From Candidatus Latescibacterota bacterium (GTDB taxonomy: Bacteria > Latescibacterota > UBA2968 > UBA8231), in the NCBI GenBank assembly GCA_965243025.1, contig CBDETY010000003.1, positions 4,512,001-4,576,000 of the forward strand: a stretch of 64,000 bases of DNA. Direction: 5' to 3'. Positions 50,382 through 60,161 of this stretch are shown one piece after another. Position 1 is the stretch's first letter, and every line of letters starts with the position of its first letter. Made by a program: the position numbers and the translations under genes. The notes beneath the pieces were generated by a model. It saw nothing but the letters and a program-made list of their open reading frames with translations, was not told where the DNA came from and did no database searches.

Positions 50382-52322
50382 ATGTCCGCCGACAGCACCG
50401 TATCGGCGCAGGACGCCAACGTCGAGGAGCGCCCCTTCGAGACCGAGGTGCAGCAGGTCCTGCGCATCCTCATCCACTCCCTGTACACCGACAAGGACGT
50501 CTTCCTCAGGGAGCTGATCTCCAACGCCTCCGACGCCCTCGACAAGATCCGCTTCCGCTCGCTGACCGACCGCACAATCGTCGACGCCGAGGCCGAACTG
50601 GAGGTCGAGCTGACGGTCGACAGCGGCGCAAAGACCCTGACGATCAGGGATACCGGCATCGGCATGACCCGCGACGAGGTCGCCGCCAACCTCGGCACCA
50701 TCGCCCGCTCCGGGTCGGCGGAGTTCATCAGGGAGCTGGGGGAGAGCGAGGACGAAAAGGAGAAGCTGCAGCTGATCGGCCAGTTCGGGGTCGGCTTCTA
50801 CTCGGTCTTCATGATCGCCGAGCGCGTGGTGGTGACCACCCGGTCGGCAGACCCGGAAGCCGAGGCGGTCATCTGGGAATCGACCGGGAGCGGCAGCTAC
50901 ACCATCGCCACGGCGGGGGACAAGAAGGACCGCGGCACCGAGATCAAGGTGTACGTGCGCGGCGACTGCGAGGAGTACCTCGACGCCCACCGGCTCGAGG
51001 CGGTGATCCGCAGGCACTCCGACTACGTCGCCTACCCGATCAAGGTCGCCGGCAAGCAGGCGAACGAGGCCTCGGCGCTGTGGGCGCGGGCGCGCAGCGA
51101 GATCACCGACGAGCAGTACAGGGAGTTCTACACCCACGTCACCGGCGACCCCCAGGAGCCGATCACCTGGGAGCACGTCGCCGTCGACGTGCCGATCCAG
51201 TTCTACGCCATCCTCTACATCCCGAAGCAGTCGCCGCTGGAGATGCTGTTCGCCCCGGAGCCGAAGATCTCCGTCAACCTCCACGTCCGGCGCGTGTTCA
51301 TCCAGGACGACTGCAACGACCTGCTGCCCCTGTACCTGCGCTTCGTCCGCGGCGTCGTCGACTGCGACGACCTGCCCCTCAACGTCGCCCGCGAGTCGCT
51401 GCAGAACAATCCCGTCGTCACCCGCATCCGGCAGACGCTGGTGCGCCGCATCCTGTCGCTGCTCGAGAACGCGGCGAACAACAGGCCGGAGGACTACCTC
51501 GCGTTCTGGAGCTCCTGCGGCATGGTCCTGAAGGAGGGGGTCGCCCGCGACTTCGAGAACAAGGAGCAGATCGCGAAGCTGGCCCGCTACCGCAGCAGCT
51601 TCTCGGGCAAGCTCGCCGACGGGGAAGGGGACGACAAAGGAGAGGGCCTGATCTCCCTGCAGGACTACGTCGACCGCATGGCCTCCGACCAGGAAGTGAT
51701 CTACTACCTGACCGGCGAGAGCCGCGAGGCGGTGGAGCAGAGCCCGCTGCTGGAGGCCTTCCGCAAGCGCGACCTCGAGGTCGTGTACATGACCGACCCG
51801 GTCGACGAGTGGGTGGTCGGCTCGCTGCAGGAGTTCGACGGAAAGAAGTTCCAGGCCGTCGACGCCGAGGATCTCGAGCTGTCGGAAGAGGTGAAGCTCG
51901 AAGGGGTGGAGGAGAACAGGGAGCGCACCATAGAGCTGGTCAGCTTCCTGAAAAAAGAGCTGGAGAACCGCGTCGGCGACGTCAAGGAGTCGCAGCGGCT
52001 GACCGACAGCCCCTGCGTGCTGGTCACCCCCAGGGGCGGGATGAGCCAGACGATGGAGCGGATGATGCAGATGACCGACGACAGCTTCTCCCCCTCGAAG
52101 CGGGTCCTCGAGATCAACCCCCGCCACCCGGCCATCGCCAACCTCGGGGAGATGCTGCTCAAGCAGAGGGAGTCGGAGGAGCTCAGGGAGTGGGCCTCCT
52201 TCCTGGTCGATTACGTGCTGATCGCCGAGGGCACCGTCGAGGAACCGCAGCGGGTGGTCGGCACCATTCAGAAGATGATGACCCTGGCGACCGGGTCGGC
52301 GTTGAAGGAGCAGGGGTCGTGA
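50382..52322 (+). CDS. htpG: Hsp90 chaperone HtpG
   Basis: FLRELISNASDA, DTGIGM, IGQFGVGFYS, LPLNVARE, LEINPRHP. Confidence 0.97.
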   Translation: MSADSTVSAQDANVEERPFETEVQQVLRILIHSLYTDKDVFLRELISNASDALDKIRFRSLTDRTIVDAEAELEVELTVDSGAKTLTIRDTGIGMTRDEVAANLGTIARSGSAEFIRELGESEDEKEKLQLIGQFGVGFYSVFMIAERVVVTTRSADPEAEAVIWESTGSGSYTIATAGDKKDRGTEIKVYVRGDCEEYLDAHRLEAVIRRHSDYVAYPIKVAGKQANEASALWARARSEITDEQYREFYTHVTGDPQEPITWEHVAVDVPIQFYAILYIPKQSPLEMLFAPEPKISVNLHVRRVFIQDDCNDLLPLYLRFVRGVVDCDDLPLNVARESLQNNPVVTRIRQTLVRRILSLLENAANNRPEDYLAFWSSCGMVLKEGVARDFENKEQIAKLARYRSSFSGKLADGEGDDKGEGLISLQDYVDRMASDQEVIYYLTGESREAVEQSPLLEAFRKRDLEVVYMTDPVDEWVVGSLQEFDGKKFQAVDAEDLELSEEVKLEGVEENRERTIELVSFLKKELENRVGDVKESQRLTDSPCVLVTPRGGMSQTMERMMQMTDDSFSPSKRVLEINPRHPAIANLGEMLLKQRESEELREWASFLVDYVLIAEGTVEEPQRVVGTIQKMMTLATGSALKEQGS

Positions 52323-53674
52323 CCGCGGCGCCCGCGGCCTCCGGCGCAGTCGGCGGCGACGTCGCCGCGCGCGCGCGCGGCGCGCGCCTTGCGGCGCGTT
52401 CCCTGGCGGTGACCCCGGCCCCGGCCCGCGACGCCGGCATAGCCGCCATCGCCGAACAGATGCTCGCAGGGAGAGAGGATATCCTCGCCGCCAACGCCGC
52501 CGACCTGGAGAACGGGGCGGCCCTGGTCGCCGCCGGGGAGCTGGAGGAACCCCTGCTCAAGCGGCTCGACCTGGGGGGCGGCAAGTTCGACGCCACCGTC
52601 GAGATGGTTCGCAGCGTGCTCGCGCAGGAGGACCCTCTCGGGACGACCCGGAGCGCCTGCGAGCTCGACGAGGGGCTGCGCCTGTACCGGGTCACCGTGC
52701 CGATCGGCGTCCTCGGGGTGATCTTCGAGTCGCGGCCCGACGCGCTGGTCCAGATCGCCTCGCTCTGCCTCAAGTCGGGCAACGCCGTGCTTCTCAAGGG
52801 CGGGCGGGAGGCGGCCGAAACCAACGCCGCCCTGGCGCGGTGCATCGCCGGCGCCACCAGGCGCGCCGGCATCCCCGAGGGCTGGATCTCCCTGATGGAG
52901 ACCCGCGAGGACGTGTCGGTGCTGCTCGGCCAGGAGGAGTCTATCGACCTGATCGTGCCGCGCGGCAGCAACGAGTTCGTGCAGCACATCATGAACAACA
53001 CCAACATCCCGGTCATGGGGCACGCCGACGGAATCTGCCACGTCTACGTCGACAAGGGGGCCGACCTCGACAAGGCGGTGCGGATATCGGTCGACGCCAA
53101 AACCCAGTACGTCGCCGTCTGCAACGCCGTCGAGACCCTGCTGGTCCACGCCGACATCGCCGGGCCGTTCCTCGCGCGCGCGCTCTCCGCGCTGGCCGGG
53201 AAGGGCGTGGCGATTCGCGGCGACGAGCGCACCCTGGAGCTGGCCGGGGCCGCCGGCGGGGTCACCGCGGCCACCGAGGCGGACTGGTCGACGGAGTACC
53301 TCGACCTGGTGCTGTCGGTGAAAGTCGTCGACTCGGCGCGCGAGGCGATCGATCACATCAACGAGTACGGCAGCCACCACACCGACGCCATCGTCACCGA
53401 GGACGACGAGGCGGCCAGCCTGTTCCTGCGCAGCGTCGACTCGGCCTCGGTCCTGCGCAACGCCTCCACCCGCTTCGCCGACGGCTTCCGCTACGGCCTG
53501 GGGGCCGAGGTCGGGATCAGCACCGGCCGGCTGCACAGCCGCGGGCCGGTCGGGCTGGAGGGGCTGACCTCCTACAAGTACATCCTCGAGGGAAACGGAC
53601 AGATCGTCGACGACTACGAGAGCAAGGGACGGAGGTTCACGCACCGCCCCCTGCACGAAGACTGGAACCCATGA
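52319..53674 (+). CDS. proA: Gamma-glutamyl phosphate reductase
   Basis: PIGVLGVIFESRP, LKGGREA, VCNAVET, SHHTDAI, GAEVGIST, RGPVGL; GTGA overlap with htpG. Confidence 0.95.
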   Translation: MTAAPAASGAVGGDVAARARGARLAARSLAVTPAPARDAGIAAIAEQMLAGREDILAANAADLENGAALVAAGELEEPLLKRLDLGGGKFDATVEMVRSVLAQEDPLGTTRSACELDEGLRLYRVTVPIGVLGVIFESRPDALVQIASLCLKSGNAVLLKGGREAAETNAALARCIAGATRRAGIPEGWISLMETREDVSVLLGQEESIDLIVPRGSNEFVQHIMNNTNIPVMGHADGICHVYVDKGADLDKAVRISVDAKTQYVAVCNAVETLLVHADIAGPFLARALSALAGKGVAIRGDERTLELAGAAGGVTAATEADWSTEYLDLVLSVKVVDSAREAIDHINEYGSHHTDAIVTEDDEAASLFLRSVDSASVLRNASTRFADGFRYGLGAEVGISTGRLHSRGPVGLEGLTSYKYILEGNGQIVDDYESKGRRFTHRPLHEDWNP

Positions 53675-53763
53675 CAGCCCGTGGAAACAGTCCATCCGGG
53701 CCGAGCCTGCGGAGCAACTCCGTCGACGGGCTCATAACCAACTGAAGGAAACGGAAGGACCGA

Positions 53764-54129
53764 ATGAGCGAGACGACCCAACTGCCCGAAGTCGAGCCGG
53801 TCGAGATCAAGCACCACATCTTCCTGTGCGCGACGCCGACCAAGCCGAAGTGCCACTCCGACGACACCGGCGCAAAGTGCTGGGACTACCTCAAGTCGCG
53901 GCTGCGCGAGCTCGGCCTCGGCGACCCGCGCAAGGGGGGAATCCACCGCACCAAGGCGGACTGCCTGCGCGTCTGCGAGCGCGGCCCCACGGTCGTGGTC
54001 TATCCCGAAGGGGTGTGGTACCACGGGATGACCGTGGAGAAGCTGGAGCGCATAATCACCGAGCACCTGGTGGGCGGCAAGGTCGTCGAGGAGTACCTCA
54101 ACAAGGCGCCGTTCCGCTCGCTGGACTGA
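53764..54129 (+). CDS. Thioredoxin-like [2Fe-2S] ferredoxin
   Basis: HIFLC...KC...[18 protein letters not shown]. Confidence 0.9.
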   Translation: MSETTQLPEVEPVEIKHHIFLCATPTKPKCHSDDTGAKCWDYLKSRLRELGLGDPRKGGIHRTKADCLRVCERGPTVVVYPEGVWYHGMTVEKLERIITEHLVGGKVVEEYLNKAPFRSLD

Positions 54130-54153
54130 CCTGCCGCAGGTTCCGCAGAAGCT

Positions 54154-54783
54154 TCACTCCGGTTCATCCGACAGCAGTTCCCGCACCTCCGGCCGGTTCT
54201 CCACCGGCAGCAGCTCCGGCGCGCGCTGGATCTCGAGATAGGCGACGCAGGGCACCATCCTGATCCGGCCGCCGGCATCGAGAACCTTCAGTTCGTAATC
54301 GACCCGCACCTGCCCCGGGTTGGAAGTGAGCATCCCGTACGCGGTCTCGCCCTCGGCGCCGACCACCGGGACGCGGGCGCCGGCGACGCAGCCCTGGCTG
54401 TTCAGCCAATCGAGAAACCGGCGGCCGGGTCCGACGGTAAGGACATGCTTCTCAAAGGGCAGGTCCGGCTTCCCGGGGCTCGGGGGCATCTCCATCAGGG
54501 ACGCGATCCCGGCGGCGGCGTTTACCTTGCCGCGCACCTCCCCAACCTCGTCTTCGGCAAGGGGAGAGTCGGGCAGTTCGGGAAAATCCGGCCCCGCCCG
54601 CAGCGCAACGGCATCGCGGGCTTCCCTGGCTTTATCCAGCGCTTCCCCGATCCTCTTCTCCAGCTCTTCCCGGATTTCCGGCATGGGCGGGTATACCGCC
54701 CGGTCCTCCTGGTGATGTCTCCCGATCCAGTAGCCCGCGGCGCCCATGGCGGCGGCAGCTGCGACAGCGAAGATCCATGTCAT
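54154..54783 (-). CDS. Hypothetical protein with N-terminal membrane anchor
   Basis: MTWIFAVAAAAAMGAAGYWIG after GGGAGG RBS; no recognisable domain. Confidence 0.55.
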   Translation of the reverse strand: MTWIFAVAAAAAMGAAGYWIGRHHQEDRAVYPPMPEIREELEKRIGEALDKAREARDAVALRAGPDFPELPDSPLAEDEVGEVRGKVNAAAGIASLMEMPPSPGKPDLPFEKHVLTVGPGRRFLDWLNSQGCVAGARVPVVGAEGETAYGMLTSNPGQVRVDYELKVLDAGGRIRMVPCVAYLEIQRAPELLPVENRPEVRELLSDEPE

Positions 54784-55010
54784 GGAGCACCCTCCCGTAA
54801 TCCTCATTCGACCGCCGGCAGGGGGAACGGTTCCCCTGGCCGCCTGAACGGCAGGGGGGTATCTTGTCGGACCGGAGCCCGGGTGTCCCGCAGCGGAAGC
54901 ATGCCGCCGTCGGGACGCCGTTCCTCTGTACGACTCGCTCACCGCGCCTTGCGACCCCGGCGCCCCCGGCGTCCCGATTCCGTCAATCCGCCGCGGCAAC
55001 CACTACCCGC

Positions 55011-55853
55011 ATGAACGAAGAAGAGCTGTACCTGTTCGACCTCAACGGCTACCTGGTAGTCGAGCAGGTGCTGACCCCAGCCGAAGTGGACGAGGCCAAC
55101 GCCGCCATCGAGCGCCACGCGGATTCCATCAACATACGCCTCGGGGACCTGTCCCTTTCGGGTGAATCGACGACCCTCAAGGGAACGACGGGCCGCGGCG
55201 ATCTCGGGGGAATGCTGGGCTGGGAAGAGCCCTGGCGCAACGTGTTCCGCCTCATGCTGTCCCACCCTCGCATAATCCCTTACCTCAACCAGATCGTCGG
55301 CCCCGGCTTCCGCATGGATCACAGCCCCGGCCTCATCACCATGCGCCAAGGAGCCGAGGGGCACACCCTGCACGGTTCCTCCGGTCCGCACTTCGACCCC
55401 AACCAGTACTACGTCTACCGCGACGGGCAGATGCACAACGGCCTGACGGTCGTCGCCTGGCAGCTGTCCGACGTCGAGGAGGGGGACGGCGGACTCTGCC
55501 TGATCCCCGGCAGCCACAAGGCAAACTTCGCCTGCCCGCGGCCGATCAAGCTGTGGCACCGCCGGCGGGAGATCGTGCGGGCGATCACCTGCCGCGCCGG
55601 GGACGTCGTCATCTTCACCGAGGCGGTGACCCACGGCACCCTGCCCTGGCGCTCCGAGCGCGAGCGCCGCTCGCTTCTGTACCGCTACACCCCGGCCAAC
55701 CTCGCCTACGCGACGGGGTACATGCCGTGGCCGGAGCAGATGCTTGAGGGGATGACGGCGGAACAGCGGGCCATTCTCGAGCCCCCCTATCACCGGCGCC
55801 TCAACCGGCCCGAGCTCGACGACGAGGGACGGCTTCGGGAAACAGCGGGATAG
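55011..55853 (+). CDS. PhyH-fold Fe(II)/2OG enzyme with HxS site
   Basis: YLFDLNGY, TLHGS, LIPGSHK, AVTHGT, RRSLLYRY. Confidence 0.85.
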   Translation: MNEEELYLFDLNGYLVVEQVLTPAEVDEANAAIERHADSINIRLGDLSLSGESTTLKGTTGRGDLGGMLGWEEPWRNVFRLMLSHPRIIPYLNQIVGPGFRMDHSPGLITMRQGAEGHTLHGSSGPHFDPNQYYVYRDGQMHNGLTVVAWQLSDVEEGDGGLCLIPGSHKANFACPRPIKLWHRRREIVRAITCRAGDVVIFTEAVTHGTLPWRSERERRSLLYRYTPANLAYATGYMPWPEQMLEGMTAEQRAILEPPYHRRLNRPELDDEGRLRETAG

Positions 55854-55866
55854 CGTTCCAGCGGCA

Positions 55867-56982
55867 TTGGCAGCCCTCATCGATTCGCAAACCGAGCTGG
55901 CGGCGCTCGTCGACCGCGCCGGCCGGCAACCCCTGGTCGCGCTCGACACCGAGCTAGTCTGGGAACGCACCTACTACCCCAACCTCGGGATCGTCCAGCT
56001 CGCCCTTTCAGGCAGCGACCTTCACCTGATCGACGCCACCGCCGTCGACCTGGCAGCCCTCGGACCGCTGCTGGCGGACGCCAAGGTCACCAAGATCCTG
56101 CACGACGCCGTCCAGGACCTGGCGATCCTCAAGCGCGCCGGCGGCGTGGCGCCGCGCAGCGTCTTCGACACCCGCGTCGCCGCCGGGTTCGCCGGCCTCT
56201 CCTCGACGATCTCGCTGCGCGACCTGCTCGCGGAGCTCGTGGAGGTCGACCTGCACAAGACCGAGACCCGGACCGACTGGCTGCGCCGGCCGCTGACCGA
56301 AACCCAGATCGGCTACGCCCTCGACGACGTGCGCTTTCTGCACGCGGCGCACCGGGAGCTCCTCGGCAGGGCCCGGGAGCGGGGGGTGGAGAGCTGGATG
56401 CGGGAGGAGATGTCCTCCCTCGACGACGAGAGCCTGTACGGGGAACGCGACCCCCGCCTGCAGTTCGAGCGGATCAAGGGGCGGGGGCGGCTGACGCGGC
56501 GGGAGCTCGGGATTCTGCGGGAGCTGACTGCCTGGAGAGAGCGCGTGGCGCGGGCGGTCAACCGGCCGCGGGGGTGGGTGATGTCGGACCGGATGCTGCT
56601 GATGCTGGCCCAGTGCAAACCGGCCAGCACCGAGGAGCTATCGCGGTTTCGGGACCGGCGCCTGCGCCGTTACGGTGAGGCCGTTGTCGGCGCAGTGAAG
56701 GAGGGACTGGAAATCCAGGAGGAAAGGTTGCCTTGCGGGCACCCGAGGTCGCGTTACGAAAAGACCTTCGCCGCGCGCAGCAAGGCTGCCATCGAGCTGC
56801 TGGAGCGTCGGAGCGCCGACAAGGGAATCGATCACGCCCTGGTGGCGACGCGTTCGGAAGTAAGGGCGCTGGTCAGGGAGGGAAAACAGGCGACCGGCGA
56901 GCGGCACGCGCTGCTGAGGGGCTGGCGCAACCGGTTCATCGGGGCGGAGCTGGTCAGCGGAATCTGCGGCGAACCGGCCTAG
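55867..56982 (+). CDS. rnd: Ribonuclease D
   Basis: VALDTE, KILHD..QD, FDT, TDWLRRPL, YALDDV (DEDDy) plus HRDC region. Confidence 0.92.
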   Translation: MAALIDSQTELAALVDRAGRQPLVALDTELVWERTYYPNLGIVQLALSGSDLHLIDATAVDLAALGPLLADAKVTKILHDAVQDLAILKRAGGVAPRSVFDTRVAAGFAGLSSTISLRDLLAELVEVDLHKTETRTDWLRRPLTETQIGYALDDVRFLHAAHRELLGRARERGVESWMREEMSSLDDESLYGERDPRLQFERIKGRGRLTRRELGILRELTAWRERVARAVNRPRGWVMSDRMLLMLAQCKPASTEELSRFRDRRLRRYGEAVVGAVKEGLEIQEERLPCGHPRSRYEKTFAARSKAAIELLERRSADKGIDHALVATRSEVRALVREGKQATGERHALLRGWRNRFIGAELVSGICGEPA

Positions 56983-57272
56983 TACCTGCGGCCTCCGCCG
57001 CCGCTGCCGAACCCGCCGCGGCCTCTTCCCCTGCCCCCACGCATGCTTCGGCGGTCGATCCCGGCGGCGGCAAGCTCGGCCAGCCTTTCGGCCTTCTTCT
57101 GCCGCCTGATGCTCTTCTGGCGATCGATCTTCTTCTGCACCGACGGTTTGGTGTAGTAGCGCTTGCGCTTCAGATCGCGCATCAGGCCGCATTTCTTGGT
57201 CTTGACCGTGAAGCGCCGCAAGGCCTTCTCGAAATGCTCGTCGTCCTGGATCTCGACGCTGAAATTGGGCAT
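56979..57272 (-). CDS. rpsU: 30S ribosomal protein bS21 with RGG-rich C-terminal extension
   Basis: EHFEKALRRF...G...YYTKPS; tail RGGRGRGRGGFGSGGGGRRY. Confidence 0.9.
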   Translation of the reverse strand: MPNFSVEIQDDEHFEKALRRFTVKTKKCGLMRDLKRKRYYTKPSVQKKIDRQKSIRRQKKAERLAELAAAGIDRRSMRGGRGRGRGGFGSGGGGRRY

Positions 57273-57349
57273 CCGATCCCCGTTCTCGTCTTGTGGCGAG
57301 CGCCTCTCCCCAGGCCATCTGCCCGCGGCCAAACGCTCGAAGAGTCATT

Positions 57350-57378
57350 AAGATAGTGAGCCCGGTTGCCCCCGGCAA
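57350..57378 (-). promoter_or_regulatory. Sigma70-type promoter for rpsU
   Basis: TTGCCG-N17-TATCTT on the minus strand; overlapped by inverted repeat CGGTTGCC-ccc-GGCAACCG (57363-57381). Confidence 0.55.
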
Positions 57379-57457
57379 CCGCCCCCGCGTTCCCGACGGT
57401 GCCCGGGCATGTATTTCAACCTGCTGTTTTTAATGCAGTTGGAAAAGACATCCAAGC

Positions 57458-58297
57458 TCAGGACCAGACGAAGATCTCCGGATCGTCAGGGGAGTAGCCG
57501 ATGAACACCGCGAGGACGACGCGGGGGTCGCTGCCGACCACGGGGGGGACCTCGTGAATGCAGCGGGTGTTGAAGAAGTAGAGGTCTCCCCGACCTAGCT
57601 CGACCCGGAAGTTCTGTACCCGGCGGGCGGCGGCGTACCGGGGGAAGGTTCCCTCCTCGATGTGCGGCTGCACCTCCTCGTTCCAGAGACAGCGGTGCAG
57701 CAGCGCCTGGGTGGTTTCCGCATCGCGGGTCGCATTCTGCAGACAGAGGACGCCGGCGAACTGGTGCTCGAAGCGGGTGACGGCGTAGTCGAACCGCTTC
57801 TCTCGCAGGGTGACGTGATCGATGTGGGGCTTGTAGCTGTGCGATTCGTAGTGAATCCGGAAGATCCCCGGCCCGTAGCGCCTCCCGTCCGGCTCCCTGG
57901 CGGTCATCACTTTCCTGCCGGGCGCGAGCCGTTGCAGGTAATCGTAAATCAGGCGTACCGGGTCGTCGAAGCCTTCGAACAGGGTGGAGAACAGCTCGTG
58001 AGTCGCCGCGGAGCTGGCGAGGAAGCCTTCGCGGTCGTTGCCCCGGTTTCCGAGGCTGGTACCGATGTCGACGCGCGTCCGGTCACCCGGCCGGAAATCG
58101 TCGGGATCCTTCATCAGGTTGCGCTCGACGAAACGCCCGATCAGGCCGGCGCACTGCTCCGGCGGGTAAACGCGGGGCAGAAGGATGGCGGGAATCCCGG
58201 CTTCCGACAGGGCGCGCAACGGGTCGGGGTACCGGGCGAACACCGAATCGACGTCGGGCATCGCGGGAACCCAGTCCGCGGCGGAACAATCGCTCAT
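57458..58297 (-). CDS. 2OG-Fe(II) oxygenase superfamily protein
   Basis: PHID (HxD), GDLYFFN...IHEV, PR. Confidence 0.75.
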   Translation of the reverse strand: MSDCSAADWVPAMPDVDSVFARYPDPLRALSEAGIPAILLPRVYPPEQCAGLIGRFVERNLMKDPDDFRPGDRTRVDIGTSLGNRGNDREGFLASSAATHELFSTLFEGFDDPVRLIYDYLQRLAPGRKVMTAREPDGRRYGPGIFRIHYESHSYKPHIDHVTLREKRFDYAVTRFEHQFAGVLCLQNATRDAETTQALLHRCLWNEEVQPHIEEGTFPRYAAARRVQNFRVELGRGDLYFFNTRCIHEVPPVVGSDPRVVLAVFIGYSPDDPEIFVWS

Positions 58298-58418
58298 ACC
58301 CGGGAATGTGCCCCCCGGCTCGCCCTGAAACAAGCTGCCGGCGGCCGGCGCTCCTCTGCGCGAAAGGAGAATCGCGCCGGAAGGGCCGTGAACGCAGGGC
58401 TCGCACCACCGGAGCTGT

Positions 58419-60152
58419 TCAATCCCCCGCCTTGCCCAGCTCGTAGATGGTGAGCTCCGGTCCGGGGCGAACGACTTCGCCGAACCCCGCATATGGAACG
58501 AAGAACGCGTCCGTCTTTTCGAACGAGGCCCGGGAACTGCCCCGCACGGAGTTGAAATGCGCTGCCGCTTTCCCGTGCCGGAGCAACTGCCGGGCGAACT
58601 CGGGATCGACCTGGGAAACCGGCAGCGGGTGGGTCTGCGTGACCACCCAGCGCACCCCGGAATCCAGCAACTGCCCCGGAGAGACACCGACGAGCCTGTT
58701 CCTCAGGGAATGCGGGTTGTCAGGGAGAACGGACAGCGGGTGGTAGCTCGGACCGGGAGGGTAGGACTCGTACTGCAGCCGCAGAGCCAGCGACTTCGCG
58801 GGGAACCCGGCGCGGCGGAAGTCCTCGTGCTGCTGCACCAGCCAGTCCCTGCCGGGATGCAGGCGGGGGTAGCCGAAGCCGCTTCCCACCATGGCGATCC
58901 TGCTGCCGGCCGGCACGTGCGTCTCGATCCACCCGGCGGCCAGAAGGCGGGTGTCCGTCCGCTGCAGCAGGATACCCAGCCGGACCGAAGCGTACAGGGA
59001 AGGGGCGGCAACGAGCAGCACGACTGCCGTTCTCCAGAGCGCCCGCATACGCACCACCGCGAAAAGCCGCTCCAGGCCGCAGGCGGCCGCCACGCACAGG
59101 AACGGCGCCAGCGGCAGCATGTAACGGAAGAACACCGTCTTCCCGGAGCCGGCGACGGCGTAGTAGAAGACCATCGCCACCACGAGCATGGCGGGCGCCC
59201 CCCCGGCCCGAAACAGGACTGCACAGCCGGCGAGTGCGGCGGCGTACAGGGGCCAGCCGAGAGCGGCCGGCAGGGTGGTCGCGGCGTGGTAGGTCCAGCC
59301 GCGGCCGAGGTCGAGACCGTGACCTGTGGCGAAGTGCTCCCTCTCCGACAGGACGTCGGCGGCGAAGCTGTTGAAATCGAGGACGGCGTACGGGGTTCCC
59401 AGCGCCGCGGCAACCGCGGTCACGGCCGCAAAGACGGCGGCGTGTTGCAGGGAAACCCGCGGAGCGGAACCGTCTCCCGGGGGGGGCCCTGACCTGCGAT
59501 GCTGCGCCAGGCCCCTGGCGCAGAGGTAGCCGGCGAACACCGCGACGACGATCGCGGCGTTGTACTTCGTCGACACCGCGATCCCGGAAAACAGGGCGGA
59601 AGCCGCCAGCCATCCGGCCCCTCCCGCGCGCAGAAACCGCAGCAGCAGAACCGCGGCGAGAAGAAGGTAAAAGGCGGCCGGGACATCGACCGTCAGGTAG
59701 TGGGAATCCCGCACGTGCAGGAAGCAGACCGACAGGAAGGCGGCGCCCGTGAGGCCGGCCCGGACACCCCCCGCCTGCCTGCCGACCAGGTACACGAGAT
59801 AAATGGAAGCGGTGCCCAGGAGCGCCCCGAGGAGGCGGCCTGCCAGGTACAGGCCGGACGGATCGATGAAATACCGCAGAAGAAAATCCTGGGGGGTGGG
59901 ATATATCCCGGCGAGCCAGCCGGCCGCGTAACAGGCGCCGAACAGCCCCGCCAGGGTGTAGATGTGAAAGCTGGGGTAGTGGAAGAAACCGGGATTGAGG
60001 TCGCCCCCCGCGGCGGCGAGGGCTTTCCTTGCCAGCACCCCTTCGTCCGGCCGGCAGTCGGTGTTGGGCAGACCGAAATCGATCCCCAGGAGACGCAGGC
60101 TGAAGCCCGCCGCGAGGATGACCGCCAGCCACCCCGCGGCGTTGCGGTTCAT
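58419..60152 (-). CDS. GT-C membrane glycosyltransferase (ArnT/PMT family)
   Basis: RPDE, FFHYP, YLTVDVP, STKY, RYMLP; many TM segments. Confidence 0.85.
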   Translation of the reverse strand: MNRNAAGWLAVILAAGFSLRLLGIDFGLPNTDCRPDEGVLARKALAAAGGDLNPGFFHYPSFHIYTLAGLFGACYAAGWLAGIYPTPQDFLLRYFIDPSGLYLAGRLLGALLGTASIYLVYLVGRQAGGVRAGLTGAAFLSVCFLHVRDSHYLTVDVPAAFYLLLAAVLLLRFLRAGGAGWLAASALFSGIAVSTKYNAAIVVAVFAGYLCARGLAQHRRSGPPPGDGSAPRVSLQHAAVFAAVTAVAAALGTPYAVLDFNSFAADVLSEREHFATGHGLDLGRGWTYHAATTLPAALGWPLYAAALAGCAVLFRAGGAPAMLVVAMVFYYAVAGSGKTVFFRYMLPLAPFLCVAAACGLERLFAVVRMRALWRTAVVLLVAAPSLYASVRLGILLQRTDTRLLAAGWIETHVPAGSRIAMVGSGFGYPRLHPGRDWLVQQHEDFRRAGFPAKSLALRLQYESYPPGPSYHPLSVLPDNPHSLRNRLVGVSPGQLLDSGVRWVVTQTHPLPVSQVDPEFARQLLRHGKAAAHFNSVRGSSRASFEKTDAFFVPYAGFGEVVRPGPELTIYELGKAGD

Positions 60153-60161
60153 CTCCTCTCG

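Noticed and set aside
52366-52387. (GC)n run
   Set aside because: Encodes ARARGAR in proA; compositional
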